DNA from: a virus
IMG/VR virus record: IMGVR_UViG_3300035101_000063
DNA length: 64,000 bases
Reading direction: 5' to 3' (one strand)
Shown: one piece after another, positions 47,862 to 57,110 of the stretch
Numbering within the stretch: position 1 is the stretch's first letter
Layout: the number at the start of each line of letters is the position of its first letter
Notes under the pieces: generated by a model
Databases searched by the model: none
Told to the model about the DNA's origin: nothing
The model's input: only the letters and a program-made list of their open reading frames with translations
Translations under genes and position numbers: made by a program

Positions 47862-48163
47862 TAATCTTGTCTTTCATATTCCGCTATAAAATCCAATGCC
47901 TCTTCACGAGTATTCCAAACAAAATCAATAGGAACTTCACCAATTACTTCCCAAGGATCATCTTTTAAAATAGGCTTTATAAAAACTTCTACTAACCCAA
48001 GTTCATTTTTATATCTTTTGCGTCCAATAATTATACTTCCTACTTCTAATTCAAAAGTATCAAAATCATCATCATTGTTGTTCCAAGCAATACGCTTACC
48101 TAAATAAACTTTTTTACCAACTATTTTTTTTAAATCTTCAATTGTATCAACTTTCATCTTCAT
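47861..48163 (-). CDS. hypothetical protein
   Basis: Tiled ORF. Confidence 0.35.
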   Translation of the reverse strand: MKMKVDTIEDLKKIVGKKVYLGKRIAWNNNDDDFDTFELEVGSIIIGRKRYKNELGLVEVFIKPILKDDPWEVIGEVPIDFVWNTREEALDFIAEYERQD

Positions 48164-48449
48164 CTTCTATATCAATAAAATCACCTTCAACATAATCTGG
48201 ATGATGAATACAAGATGAATCTTGTTTCACATTTCTATCATGATAATAACAATATCCAATATCTAACTCTCCAGAATATACAAACTTATTACATGTCCAA
48301 CAAATTGCTTTATCTGACAACATTTTATCTCTTCTTTCTACTACCACTTTTCTTTTTCTTCTTTGAAGACCCAGTACCTTTTTTTGTATATACCACACTA
48401 CGCATTTTAGATATAGGTACTGGACCAATTGGTTCAAAAGTAATTTCAT
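48147..48449 (-). CDS. hypothetical protein
   Basis: Tiled ORF. Confidence 0.35.
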   Translation of the reverse strand: MKLLLNQLVQYLYLKCVVWYIQKKVLGLQRRKRKVVVERRDKMLSDKAICWTCNKFVYSGELDIGYCYYHDRNVKQDSSCIHHPDYVEGDFIDIEDEDES

Positions 48450-48654
48450 CTTCTTTTATCCTTTTAACCTTAAATCGATATCCTTTAAGTTGAAACTCTT
48501 CTCCTATCCCAAAAACAGGATATCCTTTAGGCACATCAGACCCATCATAACGAACATACCCAGACATATCAGACATTTTTTCAGAAAATTGTTCAAGAGC
48601 ACTCTCAACCTTAGGATGCACTTCTTCAAATCTATTTGTTTCTGGATTCATCAT
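48325..48654 (-). CDS. hypothetical protein with a Lys-rich C-terminal tail
   Basis: Tiled ORF. Overlaps 48147..48449, so the exact boundaries are unclear. Confidence 0.3.
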   Translation of the reverse strand: MMNPETNRFEEVHPKVESALEQFSEKMSDMSGYVRYDGSDVPKGYPVFGIGEEFQLKGYRFKVKRIKEDEITFEPIGPVPISKMRSVVYTKKGTGSSKKKKKSGSRKKR

Positions 48655-48881
48655 TATTAAATACTCCTTCTAAACTCCAAACCAATATTACGACACCATA
48701 TCTCGTTTAGTTATTAATTGTAATCACCCTACACACAAACATGTTGCTATTACAATTAAAAATGCAATTATAGAACTTACTAAAATAATCAAAATTATTT
48801 TTGACCACTTTAATTTCAGTCCTCTTTCGTACAATCTTGGAATATACGGAACAATCATAAACTATACCTAACTTGATCCAC

Positions 48882-49388
48882 TCAATCACTATCCTCATAG
48901 TGTTCTCTATATCCACATATTGGACAAATTGTTGTACCTTCAAACCAATGACATATTCCATCCTGCGTACCATAAGAACCAGAATCCCCTAAAATAAATG
49001 TCGTTCCACTATCATCATATGATAAATCAACCTGATTTCCAGCCTCAAATCCACAATGCCAACACTCTACCGTGGATATATGAACACCAACTGTTGTACG
49101 CCCAATCCAATGAATAAATCTAGCAATCCATGGATAAGTATTTCTATATCCACCATCCCAATTACAAAAAAACCTCCAAGCCTCATAATACATCCATTTA
49201 AAAAACTTCCACAAAGTATAATATAAAACAATCCAATGCATATTAGGCCAAAACCAATAACCATATTCCTTTTTTGGCCAAAGACGCAATTTATTATTTA
49301 TACATATATTCATAAAAAACCATCTACGTGGTCTCACGAAAATCCAACCATAGAGATACATCAACCATTTTTCATCAATAAATATCAA
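48882..49388 (-). CDS. Trp/Cys-rich hypothetical protein
   Basis: Tiled ORF with a CWHCG ... CPICG pair. Confidence 0.4.
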   Translation of the reverse strand: MIFIDEKWLMYLYGWIFVRPRRWFFMNICINNKLRLWPKKEYGYWFWPNMHWIVLYYTLWKFFKWMYYEAWRFFCNWDGGYRNTYPWIARFIHWIGRTTVGVHISTVECWHCGFEAGNQVDLSYDDSGTTFILGDSGSYGTQDGICHWFEGTTICPICGYREHYEDSD

Positions 49389-49633
49389 CTTTTATCACTC
49401 TTTCTTTTTCTTTTGTCCCAAGCTTTCCAAGCCTCTTCTTCTGTACGTTCTTCGGGACCTTCTGCACCACAACTATTACAACGAACATTGTAATATTTTA
49501 CTGAAAACCATCCAAATCCATCTGTTTCTCTATAATAAATACTTTGCTTATCATGAGCACAAAAAGGACATTTTTTATGCTTATCTTCCATATCTATGAA
49601 ATCTAAGTCCCATTTTTCCTTCACCTCTATCAT
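49385..49633 (-). CDS. Lar-family (restriction alleviation-like) zinc-ribbon protein
   Basis: CPFCAHD ... VRCNSCGAEGP ... EEEAWKAWDKR matches the Lar-family pattern C-P-x-C ... C-x-x-C-G-A-x-G-P ... EAI-x-AWN-x-R. Confidence 0.6.
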   Translation of the reverse strand: MIEVKEKWDLDFIDMEDKHKKCPFCAHDKQSIYYRETDGFGWFSVKYYNVRCNSCGAEGPEERTEEEAWKAWDKRKRKSDKS

Positions 49634-49808
49634 CCCATGCTATCCATGCATCATCTGGTGTAACCATCTCAGGACCTTGAGCTTTGCACCTATCACAAAT
49701 TACACTATAATATTTCACAGGACCCCACCCAAATCCTTCTCTCTCTTTCTCGTAAACACTTTGCTTATCATATCTACAATGAGGACATTCTCTATGATTC
49801 TTTTCCAA
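49581..49808 (-). CDS. Lar-family zinc-ribbon protein (tandem paralogue)
   Basis: CPHCRYD ... VICDRCKAQGP ... DAWIAWDDR. Confidence 0.6.
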   Translation of the reverse strand: MEKNHRECPHCRYDKQSVYEKEREGFGWGPVKYYSVICDRCKAQGPEMVTPDDAWIAWDDRGEGKMGLRFHRYGR

Positions 49809-49986
49809 CTTTCCAACTCCTATTACCCCCGAATCTTCTTCTTTCTAATTCTTCAACTCTAACAGATTCTCCACATACTGGACATGGACCAGATTCTATC
49901 CACCAATAACCAGCATAAAATTCAAACTCAAACCATGATATTTCTGACCATTCTCCACACTCAGAACATTTTGCTTCAAATATCAT
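49792..49986 (-). CDS. small zinc-ribbon protein
   Basis: CSECGEW ... CPVCGES. Confidence 0.35.
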   Translation of the reverse strand: MIFEAKCSECGEWSEISWFEFEFYAGYWWIESGPCPVCGESVRVEELERRRFGGNRSWKVGKES

Positions 49987-50399
49987 AGTTTTGCCTTATC
50001 CATCCATCTAGCTACCTCAGCTTTTTCAAAAACATCAAAATTACACCAATCATCATTTTCCACATGAAATACTTGCAGTGGCCCACTATGCCTTCCATAT
50101 CTCCTGCCCACAAGAGATGCATCTATATGACCATCATAATTATTTTCATAGAACCATACCCCTGCACTCCTAGGTCTTCTTTGAACTACATTCACAACAA
50201 AATTAGCAATTTCAGAGTCAAAACTTTCCCAACATTTACAATGTCCTTCACTCCATACTTCTTCATTGTAATTAGGTGATTTTTCATAATCACATCTACC
50301 TTCTAGTTTCTTTCTATCCTCATGACTATCCCAAAATTTGCATGTCCTACAATATCCATACCAATCCCAATGAATTCTTATGCTTTCTTTCCTATCCAT
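49983..50399 (-). CDS. Cys/Trp-rich hypothetical protein
   Basis: Tiled ORF. Confidence 0.4.
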   Translation of the reverse strand: MDRKESIRIHWDWYGYCRTCKFWDSHEDRKKLEGRCDYEKSPNYNEEVWSEGHCKCWESFDSEIANFVVNVVQRRPRSAGVWFYENNYDGHIDASLVGRRYGRHSGPLQVFHVENDDWCNFDVFEKAEVARWMDKAKL

Positions 50400-50718
50400 A
50401 GTTTTTCCTCAAAAGTTTTTCTAAAACCCTTCTAAGTATATCTTCTGACAATTCAAACTTCAACCAAACACCATCTCCAGTAAATTGCATAACTTCACCA
50501 GAATAATATTCTATATCATCAATTAAATCTTCTAGTGTATTTGCCTTTTCCCAAACATCTATTTTTGAAACCACAGCATCTTTCTCAAAATATGAAACCA
50601 CACTAATATTCATTTTTTTAATTTCAACTACAACCTCACACCAAGGTTCTTTAATCAATGAAAAAATTTCAGAAACAGTCTTTTTCTCTTTCCTAGTAAC
50701 AAGACATTTAAATTTCAA
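50392..50718 (-). CDS. hypothetical protein
   Basis: Tiled ORF. Confidence 0.35.
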   Translation of the reverse strand: MKFKCLVTRKEKKTVSEIFSLIKEPWCEVVVEIKKMNISVVSYFEKDAVVSKIDVWEKANTLEDLIDDIEYYSGEVMQFTGDGVWLKFELSEDILRRVLEKLLRKNYG

Positions 50719-50741
50719 ATTGACACTTATATTCCTATCTA

Positions 50742-50930
50742 TTATTTATTCTCAATAGTAATCACACCATAAAAATATGATTTACTACTCCCATTTTTAT
50801 CAAGCTCAAATCCACACAAATTACATAAATATCCATCTTCAGTTTTAGTAAAAAAACCACCACAATCTGGACAAATTTTACTTCTTAAACCTTTCTTTTT
50901 TACAAAATATTTTTGGTCTAAAAATATCAT
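50742..50930 (-). CDS. zinc-ribbon protein
   Basis: CPDCGG ... CNLCG. Confidence 0.35.
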   Translation of the reverse strand: MIFLDQKYFVKKKGLRSKICPDCGGFFTKTEDGYLCNLCGFELDKNGSSKSYFYGVITIENK

Positions 50931-51181
50931 ACATCTGTTCTTTCTCTATGATGTCTATACTCAGAAGATAAAGTATCCAAATTCCCATCATCCACTATTA
51001 CATCATCAAATACTTCAAGTATCTCCCATACACCATCATACCCATTTATCGTCACCAAATTCCTTTTTTTGGCCATTCTGTTATCCACCCATCCCACCAA
51101 TCGTCTATCGTTATAACCAAGAAAAACCTGTCTATATTTTTTTACCATTACACAATCTTTTATATATAAAACAATCATCAA
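50927..51181 (-). CDS. hypothetical protein
   Basis: Tiled ORF. Confidence 0.35.
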   Translation of the reverse strand: MMIVLYIKDCVMVKKYRQVFLGYNDRRLVGWVDNRMAKKRNLVTINGYDGVWEILEVFDDVIVDDGNLDTLSSEYRHHRERTDV

Positions 51182-51215
51182 ACATTATTTTCCTAACCAG
51201 ATATATTCCAATCTA

Positions 51216-51557
51216 TTATCTATGATAACTACGATTCAATGATGGATTATCATTATACCATGATATAGATCCTTCCTTAGCAACAACATCACAACAATCA
51301 TCTCCTTTTTTCTTGAAGGCAATAATGTCAAACGTATGACAAGAATTAATTATACGCTGAAGATACGCAGTAGCTTTTTTATTCTTTCTAACAAATACAC
51401 GTGGCTTACCTTCAATAATATCAAATATAATATTGTCATCACCCTGCCTAATATAAAGAACAATCTGAATTATCTCATAATCCATAGGAATACACCAAGC
51501 AACCTCATCACTCTTTTTACCTATTTTTTCTCTTACTACATATCCATCTTCATACAT
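51216..51557 (-). CDS. hypothetical protein
   Basis: ATG at 51557 with an AAGAGGA SD. The palindrome lies 12 nt upstream. Confidence 0.4.
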   Translation of the reverse strand: MYEDGYVVREKIGKKSDEVAWCIPMDYEIIQIVLYIRQGDDNIIFDIIEGKPRVFVRKNKKATAYLQRIINSCHTFDIIAFKKKGDDCCDVVAKEGSISWYNDNPSLNRSYHR

Positions 51558-51569
51558 TTCATCCTCTTT

Positions 51570-51585
51570 TGCGAACTCGAGTTCG
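51570..51585. repeat. 16-bp palindrome (copy 10)
   Basis: Exact match, 12 nt upstream of the ATG at 51557. Confidence 0.95.
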
Positions 51586-51594
51586 CAATCCTAA

Positions 51595-51921
51595 TCATCT
51601 AAAACACAAATATACACCACAAAAATGCCATAAAATAACAAAGGAATAGACAACAGAACACAATACAATTCCTACTCTGGCAAGAAGATATTCTTTCAAC
51701 CACCTTTTCAACATTATCAAAAAAATAGTCACAAAACCGATCTTACAAACGAAAAACAAAATTGGATGAACATCAAACAATATCCTCATCAACCAATTCT
51801 CTTCTATTGCCAATCCATTACTAACCCAATACCATGTAAAAACAGCATCACCAAAATTCAACAACCACAAAAAAACAATAAGAATATGAATAATATATAT
51901 ATTTCTAAAATAAGAAATCAT
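51595..51921 (-). CDS. polytopic small membrane protein
   Basis: Three or four hydrophobic helices. Confidence 0.45.
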   Translation of the reverse strand: MISYFRNIYIIHILIVFLWLLNFGDAVFTWYWVSNGLAIEENWLMRILFDVHPILFFVCKIGFVTIFLIMLKRWLKEYLLARVGIVLCSVVYSFVILWHFCGVYLCFR

Positions 51922-52212
51922 CTAATCTGATACCTGAAACCATCCATCTGGATGGTACTCACGTTGTCTAATTACCTCCCAATCTCCAGGAGGCAATGTA
52001 ATCGCAGCATGCTCCTCATGTACTATATTAGCCTCTTGTATTGCACGCACATAAGCCATAGTACCAATTACCATCATCATTGCATTTGAACGATCCTCAA
52101 TACGATGACGATGTCCAGTTACCTCGCCTAATGCCAAAACACCATCTTTTTGTTCTTTTGCATCATGCTTGATTATGCCCATCACAAACAATAAATCACC
52201 TTGCCTATACAT
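51922..52212 (-). CDS. hypothetical protein
   Basis: Tiled ORF. Confidence 0.4.
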   Translation of the reverse strand: MYRQGDLLFVMGIIKHDAKEQKDGVLALGEVTGHRHRIEDRSNAMMMVIGTMAYVRAIQEANIVHEEHAAITLPPGDWEVIRQREYHPDGWFQVSD

Positions 52213-52213
52213 T

Positions 52214-53446
52214 CTATGTCTCCTTTATTGGATTATACTCATCTTCTTTTTGCCCAAATGTCCATGCCACTCCCTCTTTAGCTGTTTTTGTTTCGGGTGG
52301 TACTCTTAATGAATATTTCCGATTAGTAGAAGGGTCAACTACTAATACAAATTTTGCTATCTCATCTTCACCAGCTAAATATTCTCCAAGCCTATAAGTA
52401 GATATCAATTTTCCTGTATTATCCTCATGTTCTACACAAGCATGCAAATCACACAAAACCCTATCCCATCCATACCGATCCAACATAATACGACGAATCT
52501 CCTGATTATTCTCTTTCACTACTTGGTCTAACGTTATAGTTTCTGGTTTCATAATAATTTGTTCTGAAACCATAATGCCATGCCATGAGTATATCCCGAA
52601 TCCGTCAGAATATTCTAATGCCATCCTATTCTCATGATGAAGCCTACCTCGGTCATCACAACAAACAAATATTGGTTTATCCGTAAAAATTACTACATTT
52701 TCAAAAGGCCACCACCAACCAACATATTTAGACAAATTTATTAATGGCCTAATTTCATTCAAATTATATAATACCTCACTATCAAAATAATCATAAAATG
52801 ATAAAAAGTTAGCATCATGAATTCCATATCCACATTGAAAGGTTTGAACATCAACCTGATGCCAAATGTTAAATGTCAAATTTTGACCATCAATCTGATT
52901 CCCAACCTGTTCCACAACATGTTCCCCAACCTGTTCCACAACCTGTTCCCCAACCTGATTTCTAATCTGATTTCTAATCTGATTTCTAATCTGTTCCCAA
53001 ATCTGATCCCCAACATGATTTCTAATCTGATTCACAACCTTACCTAAACTCTTAAACCAAATCTGATCCTTAATCTGATCCCCAACCTTATTCCCAACAT
53101 GTTCCACAACCTGTTGCCCGACCTGTTCCCAGACCTGTTCCCCGACCTGTTCCCCAACCTGTTCCACAATCTGATTTCTAATCTGATCCCAAATCTGATC
53201 CCAAATCTGATCCCCAACCTGAGCCCTAATCTGTTTTAATAACACAACTCCAATTACACCACTATAAGGAGAAGATAACCATATCTTAAATTTTGGTGGT
53301 TCAAATCCAGCAATCGAATATACATCATCAATATACTTTTCAGCTATTTTACGATCATCAATATCAAATATAGATGTACCTATTCGTATCCACTTATCTC
53401 TATAAATTGATAATTTTTCGATTTGCTTTTTAGTTAAACTTTTCAT
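52214..53446 (-). CDS. tetrapeptide tandem-repeat protein, with about 45 [D/E/N]-Q-[I/V]-[W/G/R/V] units between non-repetitive N- and C-terminal domains
   Basis: Residues ~75-255 read VGDQIWDQIWDQIRNQIVEQVGEQVGEQVW... The DNA at 52860-53230 consists of 12-nt units (CCAACCTGTTCC, AATCTGATTTCT x3). It is driven by a good sigmaA promoter (TTGACA-N16-TAATAT). Confidence 0.6.
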   Translation of the reverse strand: MKSLTKKQIEKLSIYRDKWIRIGTSIFDIDDRKIAEKYIDDVYSIAGFEPPKFKIWLSSPYSGVIGVVLLKQIRAQVGDQIWDQIWDQIRNQIVEQVGEQVGEQVWEQVGQQVVEHVGNKVGDQIKDQIWFKSLGKVVNQIRNHVGDQIWEQIRNQIRNQIRNQVGEQVVEQVGEHVVEQVGNQIDGQNLTFNIWHQVDVQTFQCGYGIHDANFLSFYDYFDSEVLYNLNEIRPLINLSKYVGWWWPFENVVIFTDKPIFVCCDDRGRLHHENRMALEYSDGFGIYSWHGIMVSEQIIMKPETITLDQVVKENNQEIRRIMLDRYGWDRVLCDLHACVEHEDNTGKLISTYRLGEYLAGEDEIAKFVLVVDPSTNRKYSLRVPPETKTAKEGVAWTFGQKEDEYNPIKET

Positions 53447-53495
53447 TTTTCATTTTCACTCCACATCTAGAATCTAACTAGAAATCCATGCAAAT

Positions 53496-53523
53496 ATATT
53501 ATATACAACACAAAATTTGTCAA
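53496..53523 (-). promoter_or_regulatory. sigmaA-type promoter: A-tract, TTGACA, 16-nt spacer, TAATAT
   Basis: Minus strand reads AAAAAAGTTGACAAATT. It drives the repeat-protein gene. Confidence 0.6.
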
Positions 53524-53768
53524 CTTTTTTCTACAATATTCTTCTCTAACCGCTTTATCCTCATATACAAAAAAGTAGCCAATTCAACTATATCAAATCC
53601 ACCCCTCTCTTGTAATCTTTCTAACGTTTGACTATTTCCAAACATCTGACAATATTCTTTGTAAGCCTCTTCCACCAATTCAGAATGAACGTGACGTCCA
53701 TTAGGTGGTGCAAGAACAATATTCTGAACATGCATCTTCTTACCACTAGGCCAATCTATCTTATTCAT
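53520..53768 (-). CDS. hypothetical protein
   Basis: Tiled ORF. Confidence 0.35.
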   Translation of the reverse strand: MNKIDWPSGKKMHVQNIVLAPPNGRHVHSELVEEAYKEYCQMFGNSQTLERLQERGGFDIVELATFLYMRIKRLEKNIVEKS

Positions 53769-53783
53769 CTTATTTTCACCATA

Positions 53784-54071
53784 TCAATGAAAAATAAATA
53801 ATAATCTATCTTTCAACAAATTAATTTCTTCATCATATTTCTTCTGAGCAACCCACATTTCATTAGTATATTTCTTTTCAGCACCTTTCAACAAATGAAC
53901 ACTTCCATCAATCAACAAAATCTTGCCATTATTAGGGTCCTTAAAAACATACTTTTCATATATAATTTGCCTTTTTTCATCAAACTCTTTTCTAGCCTTA
54001 TCAACACCTTCCTTGAACCAATCTGGTCCTAAAGAATAATCTTTCAACCATTTACTATCCATTTTAAACAC
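53784..54071 (-). CDS. hypothetical protein
   Basis: Tiled ORF. Confidence 0.35.
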   Translation of the reverse strand: MFKMDSKWLKDYSLGPDWFKEGVDKARKEFDEKRQIIYEKYVFKDPNNGKILLIDGSVHLLKGAEKKYTNEMWVAQKKYDEEINLLKDRLLFIFH

Positions 54072-54077
54072 CTATCT

Positions 54078-54356
54078 TTAAGGCCATTCCATTCTTCTAA
54101 ATTTTCCTCTTCTAGTCTTAAATATCGGCCTCTGTTCATCTCCTTCAATAAACATATACCATATACCTTTATCACGAAGCATTTCACCAAGCTCTCTGCT
54201 TTCCTTAACATCTCCATCAACATGTCTTGATAACCACTTCATAGAAGACAACAATATATCATTAGCTTCATCCTCCCCCATAGATGGTGCAGATTTCTTC
54301 CACTTGTTCTTTGCCTTCTTAGCCTCCTTAACGTTCAAACTATCCTCCATATCCAC
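54078..54356 (-). CDS. hypothetical protein
   Basis: Tiled ORF. Confidence 0.35.
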   Translation of the reverse strand: MDMEDSLNVKEAKKAKNKWKKSAPSMGEDEANDILLSSMKWLSRHVDGDVKESRELGEMLRDKGIWYMFIEGDEQRPIFKTRRGKFRRMEWP

Positions 54357-54579
54357 AACTTGGACATTTTATGTCTCCTATTACATCACCTTCATCATAT
54401 ATAGACATACATTTTTTACATCTAAAGGTACAAATTGGTGGACCTAATATCATATGAGAATTAGTTAATGGTGAAAAAGGACCAGCACAACTTCTCATCT
54501 TAACCGTATCATGAGATACCTCATACAAATCAGCCCATTTAGGTACCGATTCAAAAATTTCTTCTTTTCTTTTATTCAT
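54340..54579 (-). CDS. zinc-ribbon protein
   Basis: CTFRCKKC ... CPSCG. Confidence 0.35.
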   Translation of the reverse strand: MNKRKEEIFESVPKWADLYEVSHDTVKMRSCAGPFSPLTNSHMILGPPICTFRCKKCMSIYDEGDVIGDIKCPSCGYGG

Positions 54580-54772
54580 TTTTCACTTCCCAAGCCCAAT
54601 TTGTAACAACCCAATCATCTATACATCTTTTTTCAGAAATAAGGTCCTCTCTTCCATTCTTTCTCATCTTAGCAGACCAACATTCAAAATATTCTGCTAA
54701 AATCTCTAATTCTGTCTTTTCATATTCACCAGATGGGTCTATATATTTCCATTTTTTATTACGAATTACCAT
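54572..54772 (-). CDS. hypothetical protein
   Basis: Tiled ORF. Confidence 0.35.
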   Translation of the reverse strand: MVIRNKKWKYIDPSGEYEKTELEILAEYFECWSAKMRKNGREDLISEKRCIDDWVVTNWAWEVKNE

Positions 54773-55102
54773 TCAATTATTTTCATCAAAAACATATCTG
54801 GGTGCAGTAGGGTCAGAAATCAACCAATCTTCTAACTCTCTAGCAGTCATTTGGGTATCCTCTTCATTCTTCTGAACAATTGCATCTTCTCCAGTAATAT
54901 CAATTATAATAGGAACTATTCCAGCCTTATGTGCTGCTGCAATACGATGTGACCCTTCTGCTGCAAACCATATATTATGTGTTTTTGACCATATAGCTCT
55001 AATTTTAGGTACACCAAGTTTCTTCATTTCTTTTTTTACATATTCTAAATGATATTTATCCGGTAAATTGGGTGCTGCAATTATCATATCAATCCCCATC
55101 AT
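54773..55102 (-). CDS. ParB/Srx-like nuclease-domain protein
   Basis: AAEGSHRIAAAHKAGIVPIIIDI resembles the ParB N-domain GxRRxxAAxxAG motif. Confidence 0.4.
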   Translation of the reverse strand: MMGIDMIIAAPNLPDKYHLEYVKKEMKKLGVPKIRAIWSKTHNIWFAAEGSHRIAAAHKAGIVPIIIDITGEDAIVQKNEEDTQMTARELEDWLISDPTAPRYVFDENN

Positions 55103-55316
55103 ATATAACTAAATCCTCTATTTTTGTAGCAACTCCAGTATAATCTTCATACCGATCCCAATTTTCAGCACATTTATATACTACAAAAACAAACTTATCA
55201 TTCCAACTTTTCACTCTTCCAACTTCTATTTCCCCACCATAATTTACTTGATTAGCAATATAAGCAACCCACATACCTTTTTTTAAATCACTTTTTCGTA
55301 TTTTATCTAACATCAA
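55089..55316 (-). CDS. hypothetical protein
   Basis: Tiled ORF. Confidence 0.35.
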   Translation of the reverse strand: MMLDKIRKSDLKKGMWVAYIANQVNYGGEIEVGRVKSWNDKFVFVVYKCAENWDRYEDYTGVATKIEDLVIYDGD

Positions 55317-55491
55317 AAATTACCCCCAAACACTCATCACATACAATTGGTCCACAACCCAATGGGTCAACGCACGTCATTTCATAATCAAACCGTTTTC
55401 CACATTCCATACAAGTATACTCATCAACAAATTCATCTATCATTCTATCTTCTCTTGACTCTAAAATCTCTAATGGGTCTGGTATATACAT
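55303..55491 (-). CDS. zinc-ribbon protein
   Basis: CMECGK ... CDEC. Confidence 0.35.
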   Translation of the reverse strand: MYIPDPLEILESREDRMIDEFVDEYTCMECGKRFDYEMTCVDPLGCGPIVCDECLGVIFDVR

Positions 55492-55604
55492 CTCAACTCT
55501 CTTTCTATATTTTATGAATAATTATTCACAGTTTTCATCCGTTTTTTCTATATCCCGAGGTTTCCATAAAATAATGAATACTTATTCACCAAATTATGTT
55601 ATTT

Positions 55605-55961
55605 TTATTCATCTTCGAATAAACAAAGACCAAATTCTGTATCACCAATCTCTCTGTCACAATAATATTTACAAATATCAGCATCTTTTTCAAAAATACT
55701 CTTCGAACATTCAAAAGCCATAGATTTCATAGATGGTGCCCTACACAACCGTATATCTATTCCTTCTGCAAGGGTAATATCTTCCCACATTGGTCTATCT
55801 TTAGATATTTCCAATGAACAATCAGTACATAAATCCTTATTTATTCCTCTTGTCTCGAGAGCATCAAGCAAATCATCAATAATCTCTTCTTTAAATTCTC
55901 TATGACTGTATTGACGCCCACAATTATCACAAACTATTGCAACTATTATCATATACACCAA
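55605..55961 (-). CDS. Cys-rich hypothetical protein
   Basis: CDNCGRQ ... CTDC ... C ... C. Confidence 0.4.
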   Translation of the reverse strand: MVYMIIVAIVCDNCGRQYSHREFKEEIIDDLLDALETRGINKDLCTDCSLEISKDRPMWEDITLAEGIDIRLCRAPSMKSMAFECSKSIFEKDADICKYYCDREIGDTEFGLCLFEDE

Positions 55962-55976
55962 ACCTATTTCATATAA

Positions 55977-56192
55977 TCAATAAAGACATGGACCTTTTCC
56001 ATCCCTCAATTGTTCCTCTTTAAACCAAGAATAATAAAAATTCTTTCCACCTATTATGGTTATTGTTGTTTTGAATTCCACATAATAACCACGTGATTCA
56101 TTATATCCACTAACAAAACCATGCCTTTGATTCAAAATAGAATTTTCATCATCAACTATTACAGAATCACCTATATCAAATCTCCTTTTCAT
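55977..56192 (-). CDS. hypothetical protein
   Basis: Tiled ORF. Confidence 0.35.
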   Translation of the reverse strand: MKRRFDIGDSVIVDDENSILNQRHGFVSGYNESRGYYVEFKTTITIIGGKNFYYSWFKEEQLRDGKGPCLY

Positions 56193-56195
56193 AAC

Positions 56196-56480
56196 TTACT
56201 CATAAACCAACTCTTCACAATAGATTGCTATTTTATGTACATAATCAATATGACCAAAGGCAGTTTTTTCAACATCCTCTATTCTAGTTATTCTAATTGG
56301 CCCCTTGCCAATCTTCTTTCTCTCATCATTCACGGCATTCCATAATACATTTATCTCAACCTGTTGCCATTCTAATGGTGACAACAATTTACTTCTATCC
56401 TTGTCTCTCTCTTTATAAAGAGCCTGCTGTATTCTCTTTGCAGGCCGATCTTGTTTTATATCAAAAACGCTTTCCTTCAT
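56196..56480 (-). CDS. hypothetical protein
   Basis: Tiled ORF. Confidence 0.35.
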   Translation of the reverse strand: MKESVFDIKQDRPAKRIQQALYKERDKDRSKLLSPLEWQQVEINVLWNAVNDERKKIGKGPIRITRIEDVEKTAFGHIDYVHKIAIYCEELVYE

Positions 56481-56673
56481 CTTTCATCTTCTCCCAACAT
56501 TCTGGACAATAATCTTTTCCACCAGGAAGATTCACTCTCCACCCACAAAGAGAATACATATACCGTATCTTATGTAGTTTATCCCTATTGCTCCCCCTCT
56601 TATTCAATTCAAGAGGAGGAAATCCAACACATTCTTTCCCACATCCATCACAGACCACATTATGAATTACCAT
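56461..56673 (-). CDS. zinc-ribbon protein
   Basis: CDGCGKEC ... CPECW. Confidence 0.35.
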   Translation of the reverse strand: MVIHNVVCDGCGKECVGFPPLELNKRGSNRDKLHKIRYMYSLCGWRVNLPGGKDYCPECWEKMKDEGKRF

Positions 56674-56950
56674 TTACTTGCTCATACATCTTTTTACCAA
56701 ATTCTATGACCAATTGTCCCTTTAAAATACCCAATTTTTCTATCAATTCATCTAATGTTTTCAATTGCAACTCAATATTATGACATGAAAACATAATATT
56801 ATACTTACATCCATTACTACATCCTTCTTTATCATCACGCTTAAACCCAGTACATCTCATCTGACCAGATCCAAGATCTTCTATAGCCTTACACAAAAAT
56901 GACCCCTTCATATTATCTATTCTTAAACTACAACAATTTTCTTTATACAT
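56660..56950 (-). CDS. Cys-rich hypothetical protein
   Basis: ATG at 56950. The palindrome lies 22 nt upstream. Confidence 0.35.
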   Translation of the reverse strand: MYKENCCSLRIDNMKGSFLCKAIEDLGSGQMRCTGFKRDDKEGCSNGCKYNIMFSCHNIELQLKTLDELIEKLGILKGQLVIEFGKKMYEQVNGNS

Positions 56951-56953
56951 CTT

Positions 56954-57110
56954 TCAACTCATTTCTTGCTTTGCGAACTCGAGTTCGTTTGAGTTCATAT
57001 CGCCATATAATAATAATTCCTATTATAATTCCTATTATAGTTACAATTCCAACTACTATTACAATATCAATAATAAATTTCAACTTCAATATAGACTCTG
57101 ACAAATCCAT
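56954..57110 (-). CDS. small (~52 aa) single-TM protein
   Basis: ATG at 57110 with an AGGTGA SD. The product reads MDLSESILKLKFIIDIVIVVGIVTIIGIIIGIIIIW... and is not on the ORF track because it is under 60 aa. Its C-terminus is encoded by the palindrome (KRTRVRK). Confidence 0.3.
56973..56988. repeat. 16-bp palindrome (copy 11; 15/16)
   Basis: 22 nt upstream of the ATG at 56950. Confidence 0.9.

Noticed and set aside
48707-48973. ORF 48707..48973 (88 aa).
   Set aside because: It overlaps the end of 48882..49388 by 92 nt and has an odd composition, so it was not called.
52860-53230. Tandem 12-nt DNA repeats as a CRISPR array or satellite.
   Set aside because: The repeats are contiguous with no spacers and lie in-frame inside a long ORF, so they are a coding repeat and not a CRISPR array.
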